Shown: positions 1 to 13,585 of the stretch, piece after piece
How positions within the stretch are numbered: the first letter of the stretch is position 1
Layout: each line of letters opens with the position of its first letter
Assembly (NCBI RefSeq): GCF_001194135.2
Contig: NC_068982.1
Span: 115,404,688 to 115,442,374, forward strand
Direction: 5' to 3'
DNA: 37,687 nt
Origin: Octopus bimaculoides
Lineage: Eukaryota
Made by a program: the position numbers and the translations under genes
Notes under the pieces: generated by a model
What the model was told of the DNA's origin: nothing
The model's input: only the letters and a program-made list of their open reading frames with translations
Databases searched by the model: none

Positions 1-236
1 CATCAGCATCGTTTACATGTATGACGACAATGATGATGATGATGATGATGCAGCTGATACATACAACAGACCTCTTTCAGTTTCTGTCCACCAGATCTAC
101 TCAAAAGGCTGTGTCTTAACCAGACAGAGATTTTGGAATTGTATATTGTGAGGTGCATACATAAAGCTATAAACCTTCAACTTTTCTCTTTCAAAAGGAT
201 TTTTTTCAGTCCATATATATATATATATATATATCA

Positions 237-1715
237 TCATTAACATCATTTAATGTCTGGTTTCCATGCTGGCATGGGTTAGGTGCTTTGATCGGAGCTA
301 GTAACACCGGGAGATGTAACAGGTTCCATTGTCTGTTCTGGCATGGTTTCTATGGCTGGATGCTCTTCCAAATGTTAACCACTCCATAAAGTGTACTGGT
401 TATTTTTTATGTGGTCCCATAAAAAGCACTGGTGCTTTTTATGCGGTCCCAGCACTGGTATCAATTCTGCTGTGGTGGACAGGCCTTCTTGGTGAATGGC
501 TCGTCTTGAGTACAGCAAAATGTCAGATATCTTAGTCCTTTGTCATCCCCTTTATAAGATTCAGTGTCTTGAGATCAGCTTTCAATATTTTGTTCTGTGT
601 CTTTCTGGGCCTCCCTCTTTCACAATTTCTTTCCACTTCAAGTGATTGGCACTTTTGTATGCAACTGTCTACATCCATATACATCACATGACCTAACCAG
701 CACAGTCTTCTCGCTTGCACACTGCATTTAATTCCTCTTATGCTCAACTTTTCTCTCAATACACTAGCACTGTCACACATGTACACTTACACTGCACATC
801 CAGCAGAGCATACTTGCTTCATCCCTCTCTAGCCTTCGCATGTCTTCTGCGTTCAGGGCCCACATCTCACTGACATGTAGCATTGCTGTTTGTATACAAA
901 CATCATACAATCTTTCTTTCATGCAGAGCGAGACCTTTAGTTGCCAACTAAAGTAAAAGCTTTCTGAATTTTTTCTATATTATTCTTATTCTAGCAATTA
1001 CACTTTCAGTGCATTCTCCCACACAGCCAGTTAGATCCCCTAAGTAGTGAAATTATCCACTACTTCTGAAGAGTATCTGTAGTTTTTGTGGCTCTTGTGC
1101 ATTTTCCACATACAAACACTATCTTCTCTGACAACCTTCTTATTATTCTGCTGCACCTCTTGTGTATCGATAGCTTGCACTGGGTACACCATATAGACTT
1201 TTTGTCTACACCTTTCCTACATATCAAGCAAGGCCATTTACCTGATGGGGAAGGATCCTGTCCATTTTCTTGCTAATTCCAGTAAGTAGTCTTTGCTAAG
1301 TTAACCTTAAGGCCTTTTGATTTCAGGTTTTGCTTCCACACCTGGAATTTCTTTTCTAGTTCTGTTACAGAATCTGCTATAAGAGCAAGATCATCAGCAT
1401 ATAACTGTTTCCAGGAGCAGCTGGTATTGAATTCTTGTGTTATGGCCTGGATGATGATGATGAATAGGAAATTGAGAACCGAACCCTGATGAGTGCCTAC
1501 CTGTACACTAAATTCATCACTATGCTCATGGTTAACTCTCACCTTACAAAATATCTGTACATGGTATGTGTGATTTTCAAAGGTCACTCGTCCCCAAGCT
1601 TCGTCAGAGCTCACCATATCACCCAGTGAGGTACCCTATCAAAGGTTTTCTCTGAATCAACAATCAGAAAGTACAATGGTTTATTCTTAGCCAAATACTT
1701 CTCCTTGCATGTGCG
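237..1715 (-). mobile_element. Degenerate RTE-clade LINE: RT core, C-terminus and 3' UTR ending in a (TGA)n-like tail
   Basis: Minus-strand peptides DSEKTFDRVP, QVGTHQGSVL..F, LYADDLALIA, RRLCWLGHVM and GRPRKT. The 3' UTR motif ggctggatgc(t)cttcc recurs throughout the window. Confidence 0.85.
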
Positions 1716-3720
1716 TGCACACACACACACACACACATACAAACACACACGCACACACACACACACATGTGCATGCGCGGGGGATTTAACATACAAACAA
1801 ATATCAAGTGCTCTCATAACAACAATCATTTTCACTAACATTGTTATTATTATGACCACTACCATCCTCTTCAGCTTCCACTTAATCTTGTTGACTGCTA
1901 GTTGTGTTTGTATTCTCTTGGCTACTGTTTTCTATTCTGCTACACTCGTCTTGTTTAAGGTTTGTTCTATATTTCTTTAAATTTGCTGGGAAGGGAAAGC
2001 TTTCCCTTTAAAACATTGGCAGCGTAGCAACTCTACAACTGTACCCTAAATTTATCCTACATTCATATGTGCCAAACATACCTCAAAAGTGCAAATTTTG
2101 CAACTGCAGCTATATAATTCAACTGTTAACCAGCAACAGAACTCGGATCAAAGAGAAAACTGCTTTTCGAAACTTGACCCACTAAATCTTTTTAACTACT
2201 TTGAACTGACTTTAAACTAGGAACCATATATTTTATGTCCTAATCTTTTAAACAACTTGTCTCTATACTACATCTGAGTCATAACTAGAATTTCCTGTTG
2301 AATGAGCATTTAATTATCTTTATGTTACTGGTCAACACAAACAAGAAATGAGTGAATCTAATTAAGAACAGTATACCCAACTACTTCCAGTTAGGCTTCA
2401 TCTGATTTTAGTCTACATTAATTCTGTTCATCAACAGTTCATTTATTTGTTTCCTGAGTTCTCAGCTCATGTCAGATTACCCCAGCACTAGCTGACTAGA
2501 GACCTCAACTTTATTTACTAATAGTACATAAGTTTGTTATACTTGTTCTCAACTCATGTAAGAGTACTCCAACACAAATTAACTAAAACGGTTTTTAAAT
2601 TAATTATTATCAACAGAGGCAGTATTAATAACAAAAGGTTATCTTTATATCTAACTAAACATGGAACTGCTTTATTAGCCTTGAGAGATCCTCTCATATA
2701 GGTGCTTGATACATAGAAGCAGGCATATAATTGTAGCAGATAAAATTTGTCTCCTACAATGTGTGTTATTTTATGTACCAAGTGCCTCTATGTGAGGATC
2801 TGTCAAAGCTAACAACACAGTATTCGGATATAAAGATTACTAATGCTACTTTTTACTAACCCAGTATGCAATATATAACCATTTCCTTGTGAATCCTAGA
2901 ACAACTTCAATATTTAAACTGGAGTGTGATAAAAAAAATTTGTCACATCAATCATATTACCATGTACGCAGTGTCTATACTATTCAGGTGTTCTTAAATA
3001 GTAGTCATTAAAACCAATTGTTCACAACTTGTATTAAAATATCTTACACAATGGAGTCCTCTTAATTATAGTACCATATACTTTTTTTTTTTTCATATGA
3101 CAGCTATCAAAATATATATTTGATGTAGATAAAAATTGTTTGAAAGGAAGTTAGTACAATACAAATTTGAAATAATAAAGGAAGATGAAATAACTGCTTA
3201 TACTTTATCTAATAAGTGTAAACTGTTGTTATGTCTTCCTTACTTCTCTTTTCTCTCCTTTGTTTCAAAATTGTTTGTACTGACTTTCAAACAATTTTAA
3301 CTGGTACACAAAGCTTAATTCAAAATACAATACTTGTGTTGTAATTGTTTTACTTAATTTGGCAGCGACATAACTAATATAGACATACAATGGGAAACAA
3401 TGACATGAGATGTCAGCTGGTAATGTGGGATAAAAAGGTAGGAGTAGGTAGAAGTGAGGGAGTTCAAATAAATTGAAAAAGACAGGTCAAATAAATTGAA
3501 GAAGACAGGTCAAATTTATCCTTGTTTGGCCTACAGATGGAATATTAAAAGGTTAGGTTCAACAGATGGTGACTTAGAAATGTTAATGCTAGACTGAAGA
3601 AAAATAGAAAGAAAATATTTAGATAGAGGACCCAAGGAAACTTTTTTACATATAGAGTCACTTATAAAAAATGTATGTTTACAAGTAAACTAATTCACAA
3701 AACAAAACTAAATGATAGCA

Positions 3721-3786
3721 TTGTAGTTGTGGGTGTGTCTCCTTGTAGTTGCGGGTGGGCCCCCTTGTAGTTGCAGGTGGGTCCCC
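3721..3786. repeat. 22-bp minisatellite, 3 copies
   Basis: ttgtagttgtgggtgtgtctcc / ttgtagttgcgggtgggccccc / ttgtagttgcaggtgggtcccc. Confidence 0.8.
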
Positions 3787-3840
3787 TTAGTCCCCTGGCA
3801 ACCAATTATTTTTAGATCCAGTATGCCACTGCATATAGAT

Positions 3841-3880
3841 ACACACACACACACACACACTGTGTGTGTGTGTGTGTGTG
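3841..3880. repeat. (AC)10 directly abutting (TG)10, a self-complementary microsatellite
   Basis: Read directly from the sequence. Confidence 0.9.
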
Positions 3881-4397
3881 CGAGTGTGTAGGTGTGTGTG
3901 TAAGAGCAATCAACCAAAACCCTTGAACATCTGACATCAGTAAAAGTATCAAAGAACATGCATATATTTTTTGAAAACATTTAGTAACAACACTCACAAA
4001 AGAAATGCTCTAAATGTGTCATCCATTTAAATATATATAATTTTTCATATGTAAAAACGTTCGTATCCATGGTATTAAAAATATTTTTATATTCATTTAT
4101 TTGCTTAGTATTTGACGGGAACAAAACGTTTTTATATAAAGATCTGTGAGACAGTGGTGTGAAAGTAAAGGGGAAATAAGGCTAATTCATCTAGCAGATA
4201 GATGAGACGATTTATCAGTATGGGCTGTAAGAAGTGACAAAGGTATTTAGGACAGAGGGCAGAATGTTCACAGGATCTGACTAATAAACAAACATACAAG
4301 CATATATATATACACACACACATACATGCATGCACGCATGCACACTTGAACATGTGCATACACACTCATGCTCATTCACATGCACATACACATTGGC

Positions 4398-4570
4398 GTC
4401 ATCATTATCATCATTTAACATTTGTCTTCTATGTTGGTATGTATTGGATGGTTTTACAGGATTCAACAAACCAGAAGACTGAATCAAGCTCCAATGTCTG
4501 CTGTGGTATGGTTTCTAAGACTGGATGCTCTTCCTAATGCCAATCACTTTACAGAGTGTACTGAGCACTT
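4398..4570 (-). mobile_element. RTE 3' UTR remnant
   Basis: (CAT)n tail plus the motif tttctaagactggatgctcttcctaatgc, shared with 237-530 and 17100-17300. Confidence 0.65.
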
Positions 4571-4879
4571 TTTCTCATGACTGGCACTAGTGAGGTTGTC
4601 AAGTAACATGCAAGACATAGAAAAAAGAAGTCCCCCCACCATTGGAGTGAAGTTGTAGTGCGATAGGCACAGGTGTCTTGCTATAAAAGATCCATATAAC
4701 TGCTTTGAATTATATAAGAGTGATGGGAGTAGTTGGAAAGAAGATAATGATTTACAGCTCTAGTCATCTATTTACATTACTTGATCATATCAGTACAGCT
4801 TTCTCTCTTGCCCACTACAACGTGTGTGTGTCTTTAGTAATGAGATTCAATACTGGAAAAGTATATATAAGATTGCCAA

Positions 4880-4960
4880 GAATTTATCTCTCTCATCAAA
4901 GATCAGTGGCTATCGGACGCTGACGAAGGGAAATAACCCTGAAACCCGGGTCCGTTCGTG
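4880..4960 (+). mobile_element. Possible Penelope-like terminal fragment
   Basis: ctgacgaagggaaataaccctgaaac resembles the CTGA(A/C)GA..G...CCGAAAC tail motif of Penelope-like elements. The match is short. Confidence 0.3.
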
Positions 4961-5112
4961 CTACAGATCATGATGGGAGGGATAACTTCCCTTGGCAAAC
5001 AGGACACAGTAGTGTGTCGATAAGCCAGCTGGAGGAGATGTCCTCCTGGGGCTAAAAGCAACAGTAACATCCACCCCTAGGGGTCAGCCACACTTAAGTG
5101 GCAATATACTAC

Positions 5113-5158
<46 letters not shown>

Positions 5159-5179
5159 CATGCATACATACATACACAA

Positions 5180-5820
5180 GAGGTGTAGTTTTCATGTGTG
5201 GAAGATGCAGAGATGCCATAAAGTCTGTGGTTGCATGGGAAATTGATTTTCTCACATACCATATAGGCTTCCTAGAGGTAATAGATAGTTTCTGTTACCT
5301 AGGTGACCTAATTACCAGTGGAGACGAAGGTTCTGAAAGTGTGGTTGCTAGAATAAGAGTAGGATGGAGTAAGTGCAGAGAGCTATTACCTCTGTTGGCA
5401 GCAAACGGTCTTTCTCTCTCTCCCTCTCTGAGTGAAAGGCAGATTGTGTACATACAACAATGCTACATGGTAGTGAGAGAGAACATGCAAAGACTACAGA
5501 GGAACAAAACTAGTATGTTCTGCTTGATGTGCAGTATTAGTGTTCATGTATGACAAAGTGCAGATATATTGAGAGAAAAGTTAGGCATAAGAGGAATCAG
5601 ACATAGCATGAAAGAGAGAAGACTGTGTTGGTTCTGCGAAGCGAATGGATGAGGACAGTTGAACAAAGAAGTGTTGATTTCTTAAAGTGGATGAAACTCA
5701 TAGAAGAGGTAAACTCAGGAAGGTATGGAACAAGATGTTGAAGGCTGATTTCAAGATGCTTAGCCTTACAGAGATGACAAAGGACTGAGAAGATTGGCAT
5801 CATGCTGTACTCAAGAAGAG
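5180..5820 (+). mobile_element. RTE LINE, 3' part of ORF2 (decayed)
   Basis: LEVIDSFCYLGDLI..ESVVARIRVGWSKCRELLPLL, followed by a GKLRKVWNK segment (GRPRKTW-like). Confidence 0.85.
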
Positions 5821-6699
5821 CAATTGATTACAGCAAAAAAAATATCCTATAACCACTCAGATATGTGCAAAGCTGTGTCCCTCTTCTCCTCCCTCCCTGA
5901 GATGTCAAGTATTCCTCCCCCTCCCCATCTATGGTTCTATGTAGCTGCTGCACTCATCTGCGAGCAATATCACATATATTACATCCCATACTCTCCCAGA
6001 TACTCTTCATGCCGGATCTACTTCCATTTCTCATCATTTCTACTCACATCATTTACACCAATCACTTCTACTCTGTACCTTCTGCCACTGCCCTTTTTTC
6101 TCTCTGCTATAGCCAATTCTAAACACCTCTTTTATTTGCTATCATTCTCAATTCCCTCACATATCTACTATCATAACCCACCTACTGTAGCCTCTTATGT
6201 ATCCCTATCTCTCCCTCTCCCACACCTCATATACAACTTTCTGTTCCATTCTTCCTGAGCCACTCCTATATCTCCAACCTCACCCTTTTGCATCTTTGAA
6301 TTTCCCATCATCTGCACCTCCACACTTGTTTTTCACTCACTACACTAACCTCTACCTCCACCTGTTTATTCCCTCCTCACACTCTTATGAAAGCATCCAC
6401 TCTCATCCCTTCCCATGACCTACCATTTCTCACCCTCTCTTATGCTCACCTTCTTCTTCCTTGTGAGTTTGTTCTTGTATCCCATCACTGCCTTCCTCTT
6501 ATCTCCTTCAGCTATATACCTCCTCTAAAGCAAGGCACTTGTGCTTGACTTTCTATCATACTTTAGCCTTTCAACACCTGACATACAGCCACTCATCTCC
6601 ACCTTTCTTTCCCAAATACTTCTTAATAGTGGGAGCTTTTTCCTCTTTTTCTTTCTCTGTTCTTTTCTGTTTTGTTAGTTTCATTGCAACTTCACTAGT

Positions 6700-6900
6700 A
6701 CTGGTGGCACAAAAATGCACCTAGTACACTTTGTTAAAGTGGTTTACATTAAGAAAGGCATCCAGCCATAGAAACCATGTCAAAAATGACATTGAAACTT
6801 GACACAGTTCTGCAGCTCACCGGTTCCCTGGCAAACGGTCCTACTCGTGCCATCAGGGAAAGCAGAACATTAAAGGACAACGAATATGATGATGATGATG
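6700..6900 (+). mobile_element. RTE 3' UTR remnant with (GAT)n tail
   Basis: aaaggcatccagccatagaaacc motif and gatgatgatg tail. Confidence 0.65.
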
Positions 6901-6904
6901 TATA

Positions 6905-7095
6905 TGTGTGTGCTTGTGCTTGTCCCCACCATTGCTTGACAACTGGCTCAGTTTGTTTATATCCCTATAACTTAGTAGTCCAGTAAAAGAGATCAATAGA
7001 ATAAGTACCAGACTTAAAAATAAGCACTGGGGTTGATTTGCTCAACTAACCACTTCAATGTGTCCCAGTATGGCTGAAACAAATAACTGGAAAAA
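6905..7095 (+). mobile_element. Cephalopod SINE, 3' half
   Basis: Homologous to 30130-30330 (aaagagatcaatagaataagtacc...ggggttgatttgctc). Confidence 0.65.
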
Positions 7096-7867
7096 ATTAA
7101 ATGACAAAGATGTAAAAACATGTGTTAGTAATTTACAGATTTCCAATATATTAAAAGTGTGCCTTAATTTTTCCTGCATACTAACACATTTAAATACTGT
7201 TTTAGAAGCCTGATTAAATAAGTATTTTTAATTTTGTCATGCAAATATTCTGCTTGTCTTTTAAAACCCTGCAATAAAATCTCACAAAGTTTGGATTGTA
7301 GCTTCATCATCCTTTATATTTGCTATTCCACATGAATGTACACATTTAACTAGCATAACACCTTCAAATTTATAGGCAATATTAGTCAACAAAATTTAGA
7401 ACATTAAGTATTGTAAGAAAAATGCCTCAAAATGACATTTCAACTTTTCTTCATGCAAAACTAATGAAAAAATAATTGTGATAGGATAAAGTGTTTGTAA
7501 CTTGGGAAATTTCCCTGATATAAGGGAAGAGAAAAAAAATCAGAACATTAACTAACCAAGTTTCTTGTTTTATTTTTAGCTGCCCTTTGTTACAATTTAT
7601 TTCAACTAAAAATAGTTACTGGTTCTGTGTTGCCAAAATAGCTTCGATAATTGTGTTAACTGTTGCCAATAATCGACTACAACTGGAAACAATTATCAGC
7701 TCTGGTGCCAGTCAATGAAAGTCAGAACTTAAGTTCAGTTAAATGAAACACAACTCTTGCCAATTTAAAAACAGCATATTACTAGTTTCTGACACCATTT
7801 CCTTAGAATATACAATGAATAGATATCATTTGTAGTTGCATATTTATGAGGGACATCTTATAAACAG

Positions 7868-7985
<118 letters not shown>

Positions 7986-8129
7986 CACAGTATCATGGTA
8001 TCAACCAGATTATCAAATGTTGTTATACACTACTAGTTACAATGCTGTTTCTTGCATTTTAAAATGATGCTGCCACACTGGCTAGGTGGGCAGGCCAACA
8101 TTCTCCCTGAACAGGGTGCCAGTCCATTC

Positions 8130-8520
8130 CAGGGCTACATATTCACTGGGGCAATGTGAAGTTACTCTCACTTTACTTGCTGTGTCTTTGTACATAGCTT
8201 GTATAGCCTTCACAAGCCATTCTGCTACACCTAATTTCTTTAGTGACCACCAAATTGCTGAGAATGGTATACTGTCAAATACCTTCTTCAAGTCAATGTC
8301 AGGAACAATGGTTTACTCTTAATCAAGTATTTTTCCTGCAGTTGCCTCACTTGGACTACTGCATCCATGGTACATCTTCCGGGCATGAAACCAAATTGCA
8401 TCTTATCGAAATGTATCCTGTCATGGATCACTTGTGCTAGGACTCTCTCCATGACCTTCACAGCCTGGTCTAGTAGTTTGATTCCTCTATAGTTTCCTCT
8501 GAGGCATCTCCTTTACTTCA
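8130..8520 (-). mobile_element. RTE reverse transcriptase fragment
   Basis: NYRGIKLLDQAVKVMERV, MQFGFMPGR and FDSIPFSAIWWSLKKLGVAEWLV. Confidence 0.85.
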
Positions 8521-8639
8521 TCTGGGTCTACTCTGTCATGGATTGATTATGCTATGACTCTCTCTGTGACAGTCATAACCTGATCCAGTAATTTGATTCC
8601 TCTAAAGTTCCTACTCACTAAGTTATCTTGTTTGTCTTT

Positions 8640-10320
8640 GTCGTAGTTTTCTTCTTCCTTGGAAGTCCTACTGATCTCAAAAGTTGTTAGTCACTCTTTG
8701 ATGATGGATCTCCAGCGTTTTCAATCCTGAACATTTCTCTCCCAGTTCTCAGTGTCAATATAACATTCCTTGAAGTTAGCTTTCAGAATATCTTTCAATC
8801 TTTTCTTTTACCCTCCTCTTCATTTTCCTTCTTTTAGTTATGGGTAGAGAAATTGCTTTGGTACATGATTGTTATTCATCCGAACAACATGTTTCTGGAC
8901 GCTTATACCTTCAATAGAGGTCATGTTGGCTTCTTTCAATGCACTAATGTTTGTCCATCTTTCTTCTCAGCTCAATGTTGAGAATACTTTGAAGGCAGCA
9001 TTGGTGGTACCTTTCAAGAGCTTTTATGAGTCTTCTGCATGTGGTCCATGTCTTGGATGCATAAAGAAGTGTGGGGATGACTACTGCCTTGCATACCATC
9101 AATTTGTGTCAGTACGAATGTCTCGATCCTGGAACACTCTCATTTGGAGACAGCCAAATACAGCACTGGCACTTTTGAGATAATGTTGGATTTCGTTGTC
9201 AATGTCATCTTTGGAAGAGAAACGACTTCCCAGATATGGAAAATAATTCATGCTTTCTAAGACTGCACCCTCAATTCTAATGGCTGCACCCTCAATTCTA
9301 TTTGCATCGACTGGTGATAGTTGGAAGATGATTTGTGTCTTCTTGCAATTGATGGTGAGTTATAGTTTTCTGTAGCCTTCATGGAATGCATTGAGGGTCT
9401 GTTGCAAATTTTCTTCAGACAGTGCTGCAAAGCTGTTGCATATTGAAACTTGATGATGCAGCATGTCAAGATTTTGTTTTTGCACTTCAATCTGGCAAGA
9501 TTGAAAAGCTAAGCATGCCATTAGTTCAAGAAATAATTTCAGTTCCTGATGGGAGATTACTCTTCATGATTTCAATGATGAAAGCAATAAAGATGGAAAA
9601 AAAGTGTGGGAACTACGATGTAGCTTTGTTTTACTCCTTATCTTACTTGAAATGGTTGAGTATCACAGTTGTTGACTTGGAACTTTGCCTGCATGTTATC
9701 ATGGAGAAGCTAAAGGATCTGTATGTATTTATCAGGGCATTTGTAGATGGATGTCTCACAGGAGTTCTCTCAAAACTGAGGCATTTCTCTTGCAGTTGTC
9801 ACATGGAGAAAATCATATTTGTTGTTCTGTGTTATGCTCTGAATCCAACTTGCTTCTCTCAAAGGATCTTCTCAGCAATTGGTTTCAGTCTGTTTTTGAG
9901 AATACTGGCTGGGACCTTTCCTGCAGTTGCTAACAGGGAAATTCCCCAGTAGTTTCCACAGTCTAAACAATCTTCTTATAGATGGTAACAGTATTTGAAT
10001 CTCTGAGATCAGGTGGCATTTCCTCATTTATCCAAATTTTGGTCAGGAGTTGATGGAATCGGTAATGAATCAAATTCCTTCCTGATTTGTAGGCCTCAAC
10101 TGGTATTCCAGCTGGTCCTGTAGCTTTGTAATTTTTTAAGTTTATGGTTGGGATTTGCTGAAGGAATGTTCCACTAGTTGTTTTGGGATGTTGTTTACTA
10201 TATGATGGTCAAAGGTGACAGGTTAGTTCAGAAAATTTTGAAAGTGCTCCTTCCACCTGGTACTGATAGCAACATTGGATTTAAAGATGGATACCATCTT
10301 TGTTTTTGAGAGGGGATCAA
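8640..10320 (-). mobile_element. Second RTE family (BovB/AviRTE-like) ORF2 fossil
   Basis: Minus-strand peptides GNYWGISLLATAGK, FPYLGSRFSSKDDIDNEI, VVIPTLLYASKTWT and KRLKDILKANFK, with many stops and frameshifts. Confidence 0.8.
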
Positions 10321-10323
10321 CCA

Positions 10324-10424
10324 TGCATTGAAGAACCCAAGATGACTTTAGTTGTATTGAAGAACCCAAGATGGCCTTAGTTGTATTGAAGAACCCAAGA
10401 TGGCCTTAGTTGCATTGAAGAACC
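10324..10424. repeat. 29-bp minisatellite, about 3.5 copies
   Basis: Unit ttgtattgaagaacccaagatggccttag, period 29. Confidence 0.85.
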
Positions 10425-10439
10425 ATCCCCTCTCAAAAG

Positions 10440-10795
10440 TCCTGCAAATACTTGGTAACCCTGTCAGTGCAGGTGCCCCTTAAAAGCACCCAGTCCATGT
10501 TGTAAAGTGGTTGGCATTTGGAAGGGCATCCAGCTGCAAAGACCTTGCTAAAACTAACCTTGCCTGTGCTTGTGTCACATAAAAAGCACTAAGTCCACTC
10601 TGCTGAGTGGTTGGTGTTAGGAAGGGNNNNNNNNNNAAAAAGCACTAAGTCCACTCTGCTGAGTGGTTGGTGTTAGGAAGGGCATCCAGCTGTAAAAATC
10701 CTGCCAAAACAGTTACAGAAGTCTAGTGCAGGCTTCTGCCTAGCTGGCTCTTGTTAAACTGTCCCATCCATGCAAGCATGGAAGGCGGATGTTAA

Positions 10796-10826
<31 letters not shown>
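10440..10826 (+). mobile_element. RTE 3' UTR with (GAT)n tail, crossing a 10-N gap
   Basis: ggaagggcatccagctg motifs and a (GAT)n run at 10796-10826. Confidence 0.75.
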
Positions 10827-10827
<1 letters not shown>

Positions 10828-12184
10828 ATATATATATATATATAGTGAAGGACAAAGAGAAAATGGAGAATAAAAAGAATGTATTTATTGATTTATTTGC
10901 ATGTTATAAAAAAGATGATGTTTCTTTAAAAAAGACATTACAAATAAATGGATTGATTGGAAGTTGGAAGCTCAAAAAATTAAGATTAAAAACAGAAAAA
11001 AGAACCTACGTATATGTTTCAGTCGAACTATCTAGATGATGGGAATCTCCAAGCATATTGTTTAGTGCCAGGGAAGTTCTCACATTCAAAACTATATTGT
11101 GGTAGGACTTCTTCAGGGTTCAAAAAAGAGCTAACACAACTTAAGTGATCATTTTATCTTTTGAGGGACGTGTATAGTATTAGCAGGTTAAAGTTAAAGG
11201 CTATATATTGAGGTTTAATTTGATTGAACATCAAAACATAAAACAAAGTAAAATAAAGAAATTCACTGTTTCTATTTTTTATTTGGCACCTATCTGACCC
11301 AGATATTATGTTTATAACCATTGTATTCATATGAAACACGCTCCACCAATTAATAGTCCCTTCTTGTACTTCAATATTCTCATAAATATTAATTTTATTT
11401 GCAACAATAACTACTCAATATTCACATCATATTTCTATTTATTTTTAGACCCAACACCTACCTTTAATAAATTATTTAACCCAAATCCTAATTTATTAGA
11501 TACATACAGGATATAAATATAAATGTATGTTTGTGCGTATGTATGCTAGTATGTGTGTATGTACATACAGTTGTATGTACATATGTTTATATGTATGTAT
11601 GCATGTATGTATGCATGTATGTATGTATGTATGTATGTACATATGTATGTATGTAGACACATATATACATATACACATACATACACATGTGCATGCTTTC
11701 ATACAAGTCTAAATTTTCATCAGTTAGCAAAGAAGTTAATTGAATAACTGCAATTATATGTATTTTTCCTTGCTCTTCCCCACATGATTTTTTTCATTAA
11801 GAATGTAATGCATAACCATATTTTCCTTCTTTTCTATGAAACAAGCAAACAAAAAAAAAAAAAAAANNNNNNNNNNAAAAAAAAAAAAAAAAAAATCCAA
11901 AAGAATCCAAAGCTTTTAGAAATTTGAAAAATGTTGGGTATCATACAGATACAGTTTCATGTGCCTGCTTACTTATTTACAAGTCAAGTAGAGGATTAGA
12001 AAAAGTAAAGTATCATATGCATGAAAAACAGGATAATGCGTGTTTGCATTCATACAGACACATATATATACATACATGCATACACATATACATACAACTG
12101 TATGTACATACATACAAGCACACACATACACGCACACACATACATATATCACCAGCATCATAAACAGTTGCCTAAAAATGTCAT

Positions 12185-12786
12185 TATGATATCTACTGAT
12201 GAGACATGATGTAGCTAGGACACTATATAATGAAATTTGTCAGAAGGATAACCCCAGGACAAAGAAATAAGAACCCACAGTATGGTAGAAGCCAGTAGCC
12301 ACTCATAATAAAAAGAAGTATTCGTGGAATGTCCCAGTAAAAACCTCAATAAAATGTAAACACAATAGACTTGACATAATGATTTAGGATAGAGAAGAGA
12401 AACTGTGTACAGTTGTGGAAATCAGCTACCCAACAGATGTTATCATAAAGCTGAAGATCAGTGGAAAAGAGAATACCTATGTTGAACTATTGAGAAACCT
12501 GCAGTTACTATCCAGATTACAAGTTTAGGTTCATACCTGTAATTACTGGGACACTAAGATATGTGACACACTGCCTACCAATCTTGAGAAATTAGGAAGG
12601 GAGAAAGCTGATTCAAGGACTACAGATCCAAGCCATCACTGGAACTGTAAAAATCTGTAAAACTTTCCAGAAGTTTATCATTTAAGTATATGTGAGAATG
12701 TCTAGACATGCAAGTATATCCATGAGAAGACATACAGAAAACAAAACATACAAATCTGTTCACATACATACATACATACATACATA
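12185..12786 (+). mobile_element. R4/Dong-type REL retrotransposon, 3' end with (CATA)n tail
   Basis: Homologous to 25330-25857 (RHDVVARTL, KHNRLDIMI, CTVVEISYP). Ends in (CATA)n. Confidence 0.85.
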
Positions 12787-12789
12787 CCA

Positions 12790-13585
12790 ACATTTGGGCT
12801 GCTTGATTAGATGCTTGATGATATTCGAGCCATTGATGTGAAAACCCCCAAAATACTAACAAGCACACATAATTTCCATATAAACAGTGAAGGCAGAAGA
12901 GGCTTAACATCAATCCAAAATGTCTTTGAATGTTGCATTGGCAACATCTTTTAACCACCAAATGTCGAAGTGCATCCCTTGACCAAGTTTGCATACATGA
13001 GACTGATAACATCATAAGACTTGGAAGGTAGCTCCTTGAGCAACACTCTTTGTCTGATAACCTAGAATACATGCCTAAAGAAGTCGCATGATTCTACTGC
13101 AACGTATCATCAGATGAAAGAATGAGCCTATATGAGCAGAAAACTATGCATGGATATGTTACTAGAAAGCTCTGTGATGATAGTAACATTGATCATCAAA
13201 GCAGTTTATCACGGACCAATAGCCAGATTACTACCTCCCACTNNNNNNNNNNACGGACCAATAGCCAGATTACTACCTCCCACTTTGAAGGGTATGCATT
13301 TGCAATCCAGGAACAGGAAATATCAACCAAGTACCTGATGTACAAGAGGGATAGAGATGCATGTAAAGCTGTAAAAGTGTGACAACCAATGCAGACTTTG
13401 TTGAGTTCACATTGAAGATATCACCCACATCATAAACAGTTGTCCAAAAGTGTCATCTTGGTATTATCTACCGATGAGACATGACGTTGTAGCTAGGACA
13501 CTCTACAATGAAATCCGTCGGAAGGATAATCCCGAGGACAAAGAAATAAGAACCCACAATATGGTAGAAGCCATAGCCACAGCAT
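12790..13585 (+). mobile_element. Second R4/Dong fragment (post-RT region and CCHC knuckle)
   Basis: FEGYAFAIQEQEISTKYL, CDNQCRLC..H.EDITHIINSC and RHDVVARTLYNEIRRKD. Homologous to 24620-25470. Confidence 0.85.

Noticed and set aside
5860-6620. Cluster of Ser/Leu/Pro/His-rich ORFs (also 16190-16370 and 35500-36060)
   Set aside because: Strand-biased low-complexity DNA depleted of stop codons, with no motifs.
9422-9952. 176-aa plus-strand ORF
   Set aside because: Antisense shadow of the RTE reverse transcriptase on the minus strand.
10324-10424. Short repeats as a CRISPR-like array (also 3721-3786)
   Set aside because: Head-to-tail minisatellites with no unique spacers, in a eukaryotic context with no cas genes.
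13211-13284. 32-bp direct repeat; likewise 10580-10686 and the poly-A at 11850-11893
   Set aside because: Each straddles a 10-N gap, so these are assembly artefacts.
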